Source of the DNA: Leucoraja erinacea
Lineage: Eukaryota
Length of the DNA: 64,000 bases
Assembly (NCBI RefSeq): GCF_028641065.1
Contig: NC_073407.1
Location: 21,390,001 to 21,454,000 of the forward strand
Direction: 5' to 3'
Shown: one piece after another, positions 46,398 through 57,540 of the stretch
Layout of the letters: each line of letters starts with the position of its first letter
How positions within the stretch are numbered: the first letter of the stretch is position 1
Position numbers and translations under genes: made by a program
The notes under the pieces: model-generated
What the model was told of the DNA's origin: nothing
Database searches by the model: none
What the model saw: only the letters and a program-made list of their open reading frames with translations

Positions 46398-46470
46398 AAC
46401 CTGGCGTGCACAATCAAATAGAACAAGTCGACAACTTTAGGCTGTGCACGCCATATGCAAGAAGAAGAAG
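46344..46470 (+). mobile_element. 127-bp non-autonomous retroelement with 5' HDV-like ribozyme and (GAA)n tail
   Basis: 11-bp TSD AAAGCAAT(A/T)TC at 46333-46343 and 46471-46481; tail CATATGCAAGAAGAAGAAG; no Pol III A/B boxes seen. Confidence 0.85.
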
Positions 46471-46750
46471 AAAGCAATTTCCATCGTACCCCATCACACA
46501 ACAGATCAATCGTTACATATCTTAGCATTCCAACTTCAGACTATCCCATCCATAACTGCATTCATGTATCAACCCAATTAGTACTATCCAGACACAAGAG
46601 GCATCGGTGACAACCCCATATAAAGTCCATGAATATCTTCCAAGGTAGAGCCTGGATCTGATTTGTCTCCTCTGACTCTCAGAGATGCTGAGAGATCATT
46701 AAACCCCCCGGCTTTGATCAAATACCCCTCTGAAAAAAACCCAACAAGAA

Positions 46751-46962
46751 TAATGCCCCTGTCCCACAGGAAACCTGAACGGAAAACTCTGGAGACTTTG
46801 CGCCCCACCCAAGGTTTCCGTGCGGTTCCCGGAGGCTTTGCAGATAGTGGAAGCAGGTAGGGAGACTGACAAAAACCTCCGGGAACTGCACGGAAACCTT
46901 GGGTGGGGGGCAAAGTCTCGGGAGGTTTCCGTTCAGGTTTCCTAAATGGGGCAGGGGCATTA
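46751..46962. mobile_element. Palindromic MITE with CCTGTCCCA termini
   Basis: TAATGCCCCTGTCCCA...TGGGGCAGGGGCATTA with long internal inverted arms. Confidence 0.7.
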
Positions 46963-47510
46963 TGCCCAGGCAGTTTCCAAGATTTTGGAATGGGTTGCAG
47001 TGGGTAACGTCGCTGAACGGGCATTGGAGAATGTGTCGCACTCACCCTGAACAACCCAAACTCGAACCAGTCGGAGTTGCGAAAAAGCAAACCCCGTCTG
47101 GGGAAACCCAAACGACTGGGGAAGCAAAATGCAGCGACATTTCACGGAATGGGTCACAGTCATGGCAAGAAACAGTTTTAAATGAGGCAACCATAGTTTA
47201 ATCAACCTTTGCTTTGAGAAGATAATAATAGGTATTTTTTAAACAAAAAAAATCTTCTCTTTGCCATTTAGTCAAATCCTGAAGTTTATCTGGGAAATCT
47301 TTCATCAAACCAACCAAAAATTGTCTGAAATCACCTGCCAACAGCCCACTGTCTGCAAAGGAATTTTATGACTACATCTTAAATAATTAAGAGAAGAGCC
47401 ACTGTACAGTGTTATACTTACACCTCAGCATCCTGACCATACTGTCCTGAACTGCTAGTCTCCATTCTATCCTCATCACCTGATTGATCATTAGCTTTGT
47501 TGTGAAAGGG

Positions 47511-50500
47511 TTAGGGTCTTTTCCCCTCAGCTGCCTCTCCTGTTCTTCTCTCCCTGTCATTTTCCTCTTCATTCTGACTTTCCAACGAGACCTGTCTCAG
47601 CGGCCGCCACTGGCAGGCATGGGAAGTCTCGTCACCTTCTTTACCTGTGGGTTGACTGCTGGCCTTTGCTTTAGAACTGCCCTCTGCCCTCACTAATGGT
47701 TTCCCTGACTCGTTGCTATGTATGCCCTGGTCTACACTGTCGGTTTCCTGGTGGGTTGAGGGCGTGGAATGTACAGCGATTGGGACACGGGTGTTTGGTC
47801 CTGAACGTGGCGTTGCAAAGGCGGATCGTTCAAACCTCGCGTCTTGCTTCGCCCTCAGCTCCTTCCTCGTCCCACTCTGATAGTTATGGTCATTCTGCTC
47901 CTGCCAGGTAACGCAGGGCAGGCCCCTCGACTCGCTGGAATGGGCGCTTGCACTGACCGATGGCATCGGAGTTGGGGAGGGTCTGCCTAGATATGCACCC
48001 TGGTCAGGTTTAGTTTTACTACCGCTTGTCCAACCTAGGTGCGAATGTGTCGCATGTGGCCTCTGCTCTGTACTACAACCTGCATGTGACTGGCTTTCTG
48101 TGGAATATCTATCCTCACTGCTTGTAACATTAATCTTGTCTTTTGGCACTGTGTCACTGAGGAGGTCGGTCAAGAAGACACTCCATGATTTTAATTTGTT
48201 CTTCGTTTTCTCCGAAGGCCTCACTTGAACAGCTTTCGCTTGAAGCTGCCCCACGCCCGGCTCTCTTGAATCAATATATTGCACACACTGTCCCTGGACC
48301 AACAGTTGAATTGTTTTCAAATCAGGAGTTGCCCGTTTCTCCTGCAAGTTCTGGGTGATGCCACTTCCCAAGGGCTCATTAATCTCTCTGTCCAGCAGGA
48401 CTTCACCGTGCAAGTCAAACCAGCTGCTACACCTCTCTTCCCTTTGACAACCCGGGCCGTCAACTAGCAAACTCCCCTGATCGACCCCGGTTGTGGTTTC
48501 AGTTTGGATCGCAGTTGTTGTTCCTCCTACAACCTGTCCGTGTTCAGTCTGGTGCTCCGCACTGCGAACGGCATGAAGGTCCTGAACCAAATCCCTCCCG
48601 TCAATGCTGCCCTTGTCTTCAGCAGCACCACTCCCTGTCCCTCCACACGCCTGGTCTGCTGCCACCTCCGCTTCCTCAAGACCTTGGCCCTTCGCACAAG
48701 CCCCCTCAGTTTGTTGAGAGACCGAAAGCATTTTGCCACCAAGGCCTGGCACTTCTGACGACCTGCTTTCTTCACCTTGCCCTGTAAAACCCTGCACTCC
48801 TTCCTTGGCTTTCAAGCTCTCTTCCGCTACTCGGGCCTTTTCCGCCAAGAATCTCAGAATCTCTTGCTCGATCCCATCATCGCTGTCCCCGGAACTGCTT
48901 TCGCTTGATGCCATGTTTTTCGGATTCTGCCCTACAGCCAGGGTAGATGGAGCAGCAGTTAGCGAGCTCCCCAAGGACTTCCCCATTCCTGCCACCTTGC
49001 CGTGTCCGTCACCTTCCGACGTCTCCACTCTTCTTTTGTTATTCTTACTTTTAACATCCAAGTAGCTTCTACAAACTGCTCGGCTAGTTTTTGACAGGCA
49101 GCTCTTCAGGGGAGCATGGCTCAATGCAAAGCCTTCACCAGCGGCCTTGGGAGTTTGATCACCGAGACCACTGCTTTGCTCGGAGAATGTAAGCACCTCT
49201 GCTCCCGTAAACCGGACTCGCTTCCTGCTCTGGCTCTTAGAGTCCCTTAATCTCTTGCCCAGTCTTTTCCTAGTTTTCAACAGATCCTTGGTTGCAGTAT
49301 CCAGATCCTCATCACTGTCCAACGAGCTACTTTTATCATCTGTCTGCCAAGCGTCATGAAGGGGCTTGTTGTGACAGGACTGTTCACTGGCAGCCCAGGT
49401 GATGGGCGATAACTTGCCTGGATTACTGGTGACTGCCTTGCCGCCGTCCTGGGTGTTATATCCATCAAAAGCATCTCGTTCCAGCAAATCACCTTCAGGT
49501 TTATCCTTGAAGATGACAATGCCAGAGTTAGTCTTGGAAACAGGTGCCTCAGTGATCTTTTGCTGGCTTCCTCTCAGCTCTTCCGTTTCCAGTTTGTGAT
49601 CAATGCTGACGTCATTCCCCAAGCTTTCTTTCGTCAATAACTGCACACGAGATGAAGACGAAGGAGAGGGCAAAGACGGAGGGTTGCTGAGACTATTTTC
49701 CTGCATCAGTTCTGCGGGCAAGTCTCTGCCTGGTTCGTTCAACGTTCCCACTCCATTTGATTTCTGGCTGCTGACGTTCACTTTCAGAGCCAAGTAACTT
49801 TGAATTTCTTTTTCAATGCCGTCACTGCTATCCACAGAACTGTCTTCACTGTCGGAAAAGATGATTTGGTGCGAGCCTGCGGTGGTGCGTTCACTGGGTG
49901 TCGTCCAGCAGTCCGCACGCTCTTCCCCTCCCAGTGGTGTCCGACCCGTGGAGCCATCCGCACCTGTCCGAGCGTTGACCCCACCCTGCTGTCGGGACAA
50001 TTCCGACGGGGTCTCTGTCCGATTTAAACTTATCCCGGAATCGGCGAGTTTTCTTTCGCTTTGCTTTACAAAGTCATCGCTCAACTGGTCGTTGGGGACA
50101 GTCGGCGAAAAGTTGAGGGAATGAGGCGTCTTTGACTCCTGAGACTTGGGCGCACACTGCTTCCGCCTCTTGCTCGGTGGTGTTGCCCGTGCGGCTTCCC
50201 TCCCCTCGCCGGCATCCAACGAAAGATCGGGACCCTTGGAGCAAGGGGAGTTACGAGGCAATACTCCGAGGGCAGAGGGCATATCCCGGGATTTCTTCTG
50301 TTCCAACTGATAAAGTTGGATGGCTTCTTCGATGCCGTCATCACTACTGGAATCAGATAGCTCAGCCCCTGTGGTGATGGAGATAGGCTTTGCCACAGGG
50401 AGCTCAGTCTGCACCTTCCTCTGGATGATACTACTTTTGGAGAGATCCTTAAAGCTGGGCGATGCTGTTGGTTTCTTCTCTTGGGCCGGCTTTTTAAGGC

Positions 50501-51471
50501 CCTTGAGATTCCTTTCATTGTTTTTCCCTGTTTTGCAGATGCTGCCAGCTTCACCCAGGTGGGTGGATTTGATGGCAGTAACGTGAGGGCTGGCATTTGT
50601 TACCAAGGCTTTGACCACACGTGTTTGGCTCCCAGTCCCGGGCTTAACGTACCCCTTCTTGCTCTTCTGTCCCACCCACTTCACCAAATTATCCTTCAGT
50701 GCTGGCACTCCCTCTGTCGGCACCTTGCTGCCGGGATGGCTGGATTCTTTATCCCGCTTGTCCTGCAAGAACTTTTCAATCTCCGCCTGAATGCTCAGTT
50801 CAAACGAGTCGTTGCTGCTGATGCTGGAGGGAGAGGAGCACCTGGAGTCTGCAGCATCCGTTAGGTGGGCAGGCAGCGGGACATCGCTGACAAGGTCGGT
50901 GGGGACCACCTCCCCTCCTAGTGAGGTACCATCGCTGGCATCTGGAGCACAGTCTTCCATAGCCGGATGCATGCCAGGGGGAACTAGCACGTCATGTACG
51001 GCGTTGTTTATCGAGCAGCTCTCTTCTGTTTTCTTCTTCAAGTACTCCTGTATGGCCTCTTCTATACCTCGGTCTACAGACGCATCGCTGTCTGTGTCCA
51101 GGACACAGTGGCTCAGGTTGGATTCCTCCGTGCCAAGCATGAAGGTTGGATACCCAGTCTTTAGATCCTCCACGGCCGCCCCTTTTAAACACATTGATGG
51201 TGCTGTCGTCCAGCACGCCATCGCTCCGCCATTTTGAGACGAGATTTGTCTGAGCGTTACTGCTGGGGTCATTGTTCCTGGCACGAGACGAGTCATGGGG
51301 TTGCAGGTTTTCCACAATCATTTGCACATTTACGTTGATAGCACTTCCAACAGGCGAGAACTTCTCCCCCGGCGGGGAGAAAACCACGGGGAGGCTATAG
51401 CTCTGGGATGCTCCAAAGGGCTGCCAATCTGTCTGTACCACAGAGACAGGTGCCAGGTTCATTAAAAACAT
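47511..51471 (-). CDS. PPP1R26: Protein phosphatase 1 regulatory subunit 26, single large coding exon, about 1319 aa if a 1-nt frameshift near 51100-51290 is corrected
   Basis: N-terminus MFLMNLAPVSVVQTDWQPFG...NVQMIVENLQ (ATG 51471) is in one frame. VLDTDSDASVDRGIEEAIQEYLK, SDSSSDDGIEEAIQLYQLE, SSSLDSDEDLDTATKDLL and the RVxF motif KRVRF are in the 47511-51317 frame. Acceptor TTTTGCAG puts the exon start at 51528. Confidence 0.85.
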
Positions 51472-52879
51472 TATAGCAGGAAAGTGGCAGACTGGACATG
51501 TACCCCGTAGTGCTCTTCTCCTCACATCCTGCAAAACAATGCAGACCAAAAATAAGCAACACGGCTGCAAAATAAACCAATTTAGCTGAACACTTATTTG
51601 CACTGGTGCTTTGTAAGAGTCAGGCAATATAGGTAAGCTGACTTATCTTCTGCTTGGTCATTTTGGAAAGTAAACAAATGCAAAAACAAAAGACTAACGG
51701 TGGCACGGTGGCATAGCGGTACAGTTGTTGCCTTACAGCGCCAGAGACCCGGGTTTGATCCTGACTACGGGTGCTGTCTGTACGGAGATTGTACGTTCTC
51801 CCCGTGACCTGCGTGGGTTTTCTCTGAGATCTTCGGTTTCCTCCCACACTCCAAAGACGTGCAGGTTTGTAGGTTAATTGGCTTGGTGTAAATGTAAAAT
51901 GTTAATGTGCGGGGATCGCTGGTCGGCGAGGACTCGGTCGGCCGAGGGGCCTGTTTCCGCGCTGGATCTCTAAACTAAACTTGGTTGACTTTTACTGAAG
52001 AAGGGTTTCGGCCCGAAACGTTGCCTATTTCCTTCGCTCCATAGATGCTGCTGCACCCACTGAGTTTCTCCAGCATTTTTGTGTACCTTTGACTTTTACT
52101 GACGTTGGTGAGGGGTAATTGTTGGTCAGGCAAATAGTGATAACTCTCCTACTCTTCTTCAAAATAAAGCCTGCAGGATCATGAGAGGAATAGATCGGGT
52201 CGATGCACAGTGTCTCTTGCGCAGAGTAGGTGAATAAAGGACCAGAGGATATTGGTTGAAGGTGAAGGGGAAAAGATTTAATAGGAATCTGAGGGGTAAC
52301 ATTTTCATGCAAAGGGTGGTGGGTGCATGAATCCATGCACGTTTGGTGAACAGGCCATCTGATTTTAAACCCATGCCCATTTAAAATGTATTACAAATGA
52401 GTTTGTTCATCTTTGATTTGGAGGCTCATAAAAAGAGGACATAGGGTTCACCCTCTCTAGCCAATTCTGAATCAATGGGCACTGATAGTTTGGCCGGATT
52501 ACAAGAGAAAGTGGGTTAAAAGATATCTCCATCTTTGATTTGAGGCTACATTAGGATGTTGCTTCTTCATGTTAAAGGATAGTAACTGAGTTGCAGCTTG
52601 TGATTGTTGCCCCTTGGCCAGTGCCCTGGGTATAGTAGGGATATTGATAGCAGTCAGCAATGCCCCAAGCAGTAGAATTGCCAATTATACCAGGTCCACC
52701 AGGCCATAAAGTGCAAGGGAAATAACATATTGTAACCTTCATAAGTACAAGATCCATGGTATTTTGGTCAGACTTTGGCTCCAGGTTGGCAGTGCCCCTA
52801 AACTGCTGCGAGGGTCAGCACCACCTCACCCACCCCTGGTGACCCTCCAACTATCTGATTCTCTCTTGCAACCGGTTTC

Positions 52880-53560
52880 CTTCGCCGGGCCCCGGTCACA
52901 CGGAGCCTCCCGTTGCCGCCCTGCTCCCAGCTGCGGCCGGCAGTCGTTAAACCCGACCCCGCAGGCTCAGGCCACACCCTCCGACCTGGGCCCGGACTGC
53001 AAAGCAAGTGTAGGGTAGGGTAGGGTGGGGGAGCAGAGGCTGGGGCTGGGGCTGGAGGAGAAGTCCCCTCTCCTTGCTTCCCCTTAACCGGTGCAACTGT
53101 TACAACGTTTTATTCCCTGCAAATGCAGCATGGGGAAGAGAGTGCAAAGATAGGAGGAAGGCCGGGCCTCCGCCGGGTGCAGCTAGGCCCGAAGCCTCGG
53201 GTGTGGAGCCGGTCGCCCGTCCGGCCAGCTAGCAGCTTGAGTCCCGGGTCCCGGGTCCCCGGGCTTTGATTGACAGGCGGCGGCGGCGGCGGCGCGGCCC
53301 GGATCCCCGGGGTCTGATTGACAGCCGCCAGGTCCCCGGGAGCGTGCGTGCGGGCGCCCCCTCACTAACCTGCTCGCACGCCGCTCCCTCCCTCGGCTGC
53401 AGCGACAACAGCGCACTCGCACCGGCTGCAGCAGGCAAAGTTCACAGGCACAGGCGAGGAGGCGGAGGGAGCAACAGGAAATAAATAAATATATAGATAT
53501 TTCCACCCACCCAACGGCTGCAAGAACACCAGCGGGCGGAGAGGAGAGCGCAGAGCAAAG
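52880..53560 (-). promoter_or_regulatory. CpG island with probable non-coding exon 1 of PPP1R26
   Basis: Very GC/CpG rich; donor CAG|GTTAGT on the minus strand with exon end at 53370; two TGATTGACAG decamers (53267, 53315). Confidence 0.65.
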
Positions 53561-54049
53561 TTATTATTGACATAAAGGTGTTTGCCGCGAGTTGGAACTG
53601 TCTTTGCAAACAAAAAAATGTGAACAATTTGTGAATACTGCTTTCGCAGCTTTTGCAAAAGCAAAGCACCCTTCTCTCAAAATAGTTGCAAGGGATTTGT
53701 GCCACAGGGTTTACATGTACATCTTCCAGTTGCACGTTGAGATTCCGACACTCAGTTAGCACAGGAGTGATAGATAAGGTGACTGTGAGCTCGGATGCGG
53801 GCAACTGTCAAGAATCACGAGTGTTTAATTGTATGCAGGGGGACCAGAACAATATTTTTATTAAATTTGCTGCAGCTTTAGAGGCACATTAAACAAATAT
53901 ACAAAATAATTATACCAGGTAAATAGTGCAAGCACAAATAGTGCAAGCCAAAGCAAGCAGTACCACCTTAGTACTATAAGGTCCATGAGGGAGGGTTGTG
54001 GTTGTGTCTACTGTCTAGGGTGGTTCTACAGTCTGAAGGGAAGAAGCTG

Positions 54050-55280
54050 TTCTGGAACAGTGAAAGCAACAGGTGGCCTAAACTTTCTGAGGCGCAACTT
54101 TCATCATTGTTCAACTTCTGTCAAGGAGAAGCTATACTTCACCCTCGTTAGACCTCATTTAACCATATAACCATATAACAATTACAGCACGGAAACAGGC
54201 CATCTCGGCCCTACAAGTCCGTGCCGAACAATTTTTTTCCCCTTAGTCCCACCTGCCTGCACTCATACCATAACCCTCCATTCCCTTCTCATCCATATGC
54301 CTATCCAATTTATTTTTAAATGATACCAATGAACCTGCCTCCACCACTTCCACTGGAAGCTCATTCCACACCGCTACCACTCTCTGAGTAAAGAAGTTCC
54401 CCCTCATATTACCCCTCAACTTCTGTCCCTTAATTCTGAAGTCATGTCCTCTTGTTTGAATCTTCCCTATTCTCAAAGGGAAAAGCTTGTCCACATCAAC
54501 TCTGTCTATCCCTCTCATCATTTTAAAGACCTCTATCAAATCCCCCCTTAACCTTCTGCGCTCCAGAGAATAAAGACCTAACTTATTCAACCTATCTCTG
54601 TAACTTATAGTTGTTGAAACCCAGGCAACATTATAGTAAATCTCCTCTGTACTCTCTCTATTTTGTTGACATCCTTCCTATAATTGGGCGACCAAAATTG
54701 TACACCATACTCCAGATTTGGTCTCACCAATGCCTTGTACAATTTTAACATTATATCCCAGCTTCTATACTCAAATTTGGACTAGGCAGTTGCAGCATGG
54801 GACCCATACACAGATAAAAACATTTCTTCCATCAAACGTGTCCAAAGACAGGCAGCTCGATTTGTTACTAACAACTATGAGAGAGAAGCGAGTGTCACCA
54901 AAGTTCTGAATTCTCTGGGGTGGAACCCTCCCCAAGACGGACGTGAAGCTCACCGTTTGACCTGTTTGTACAAAATGTTAAATGGTCAGCTCGACATAGA
55001 TCACAAGACCCACACCAAACCCAAACCAATTAGAAGCAGACGAGGGCATTCGATCCAATTTGTGATCCCAGCTACAAAGACAGATGTGTACAGCAATTCG
55101 TTCTTCCCCCGCACAATTAAAGCATGGAATAATCTCCACCCAACTATAGTTACCCAACCAGATGCAACTAAATTTAAAGTAGCTCTTTCTTCCCAATAAC
55201 CCTTTCTGGCTTAAGCCCTCCCTTCACCACCTCCAGTTTAAATTCCATTTGGAATATTCTGGAGGACCAAGAACCAAGAA
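54050..55280 (+). mobile_element. L2/CR1-group LINE 3' end with nested CR1 fragment (54161-54772, minus)
   Basis: KEKLYFTLVRPHL is interrupted and resumes to YSNSFFPRTIKAWNNL...; nested piece encodes [18 protein letters not shown] with a (GGTTATAT)n tail. Confidence 0.75.
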
Positions 55281-56955
55281 CCTGGCAGGCACAAGTCATG
55301 TGCTCCTGCAACTTATTCTCGGTGAAAGCAGCAAGATGTGCCCATTTACTTTATTGTCACGTGCACCGAGGTACAGTGGAAAGCTTTTTGTTGCCTGCTG
55401 TCCAGTCTGTGAAAAGAGTATACATGATTACAATCGAGCCGTCCACAGTGTACAGAAACGGGTTAAAGGGAGTAACGTTTGGTGCAAGGTAAAGTCCATT
55501 AAAGTGTGATTGAAGATAGCCCGACTGTCTCCAATGAGGTAGATGGTAGCTCAGCGCTGTTCTCTAGTTGGTGGTAGAATGGTTCAGTTGCTTGCTACAG
55601 CTGGGAAGAAACCGTCTCTGAATCTGGAGGTGCGTGTTTTCACACTGCCGTACCTCTTGCCTGATGGGAGTGGGAAGAAACAGAAAAATAGGTGCAGGAG
55701 TAGGCCATTCGGCCTTTCGAGCCAGTACTGCCATTCAATATGATCATGGCTGATCATCTACAATCAGTAGGTACACAAAAATGCTGGAGAAACTCAGCAG
55801 GTGCAGCAGCATCTATGGAGTGAAGGAAATAGGCAACGTTTCGGGCCAAAACGTTGCCTATTTCCTTCGCTCCATAGATGCTGCTGCACCCGCTGAGTTT
55901 CTCCAGCATTTTTGTGTACCTTCGATTTTCCAGCATCTGCAGTTCCTTCTTAAACATCTCCAATCAGTACCCCGTTCCTGCTTTTTCCACCATATCCCTT
56001 GATTCCTGTAGCACAGAGCTAAATCTAACTCTCCCTTGAGTCTGGGGAGCCTGGGTTGAGCCATGTCTTTGTGAAACAGGGCACACAGCATTCCCTCATC
56101 TCCCTTTGCCCTTAAATCCTCAATCTTATTTTCCAGGGACTGCACAGTGGTCAAGAGAATGCCCAGGAGTGGTGGAGGTCGCAGTGTGGAGCACTTTATT
56201 CTCACTTTCAGGCTGCAACGGTGAGCAAGTTTCTGGACAGAGAAGAGGGCTCCCTGGTCTTCCAGGCAATGTCCTCGCTGTTTGTTGCTGGAACTCCAAT
56301 GCTGCAGGGCATTCGATTCAAGGGCATTGGTGGGCGGTGGTAGCTTGCAGGGACAGTCGAGAGGCCAATGTGATGACCCCGAGCCACTCGCGGAGCCCCT
56401 TTCCCTGTCCCTACTGCAGAGAATTCTGGACGCAGCCCAGACCATCACACAAACTAACCTCCCTTCCATTGACTCCATTTATACCTCACGCTGCCTCCTG
56501 CCTCGGCAAGGCCAGCAGCATAATCAAGGAGGAATCGCACCCTGGCCACTCCCTCTTCTCCCCTCTCCCATCAGACAAAAGGTATAGAAGTGTGAAAACG
56601 CACACCTCCAGATTCAGGGACAGTTTCTTCCCAGTTGTTATCAGGCAAATGAATAATCCTACCACACCCAGAGAGCAGTGCAGAACTACTATCTACCTCT
56701 GATGACCCTCAGGCTACCCTTGCTCGGACTTTACTGGCTTTACCTTGCACTAAACGTTATTCCCTCACCATGTAAATGGCTCGATTGTAATCACGTATTG
56801 TCTTTCCGCTGACTGGTTAGCACGCAACAAAACATTGTACTTCAGTACACGTGACAATAAACTAAACTGAACTGAACAGTCCACTGATGCAGTGACTGCT
56901 GGAGAGGAAGTGGACTGGGCTTGTGCATCGCTCAGTATCGCAGGTCCACTCTGGC

Positions 56956-57540
56956 TAGGGTTGCCACCTGTCCCGTATTAGCCGGGACATCCCGTATATT
57001 GGGCTAGATGCACAGTGGCCAAGAGAATACCCAGGAGTGGTGGGGGTTGTAATCCGTAGGCTTGCGGCCTCCAGCCCCATATGGGACCGCCCTTGTCCCG
57101 TATTTGACCGCTACTACTCGGATCGAGGGGACTGTCGGGTCGGATCGCCACGTCTGGCCCCGCCTCACCCGTCCCGACGTAGTGCAGCCCATGGAGTGCA
57201 GCAGCAGCGCCTCGCCTGTGGCCCCGTGGGTGGGCAGCCGGCCAGCTGTCCGGCCTTCGGACCTTCGCTTTCCGCCGACACCCCCACCGCCCCTACTTCT
57301 CACGGCCGATCATCGGTTCATGAGTTGGACGGGGCGCCGGACTTTGCGTTCGACGTTGCGTGGCACGGGCCAAAACTCCTCAGCTGGCCCGCCGGCTGGG
57401 CTTTGTGTGCAGTCCAGCACCCGGGGCAACTCATCATTCACCCAGACACGACCGAGTCGGTCAACAAATTGCCGTGGGGAATTTGTCCCTTATTTTGACC
57501 TTTTGTCCCTTATTTGGGAGTGAGGAAGTTGGCAACCCTA
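56956..57540. mobile_element. hAT (Tip100-type) MITE
   Basis: TIRs TAGGGTTGCCA / TGGCAACCCTA; 8-bp TSD ACTCTGGC. Confidence 0.88.
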
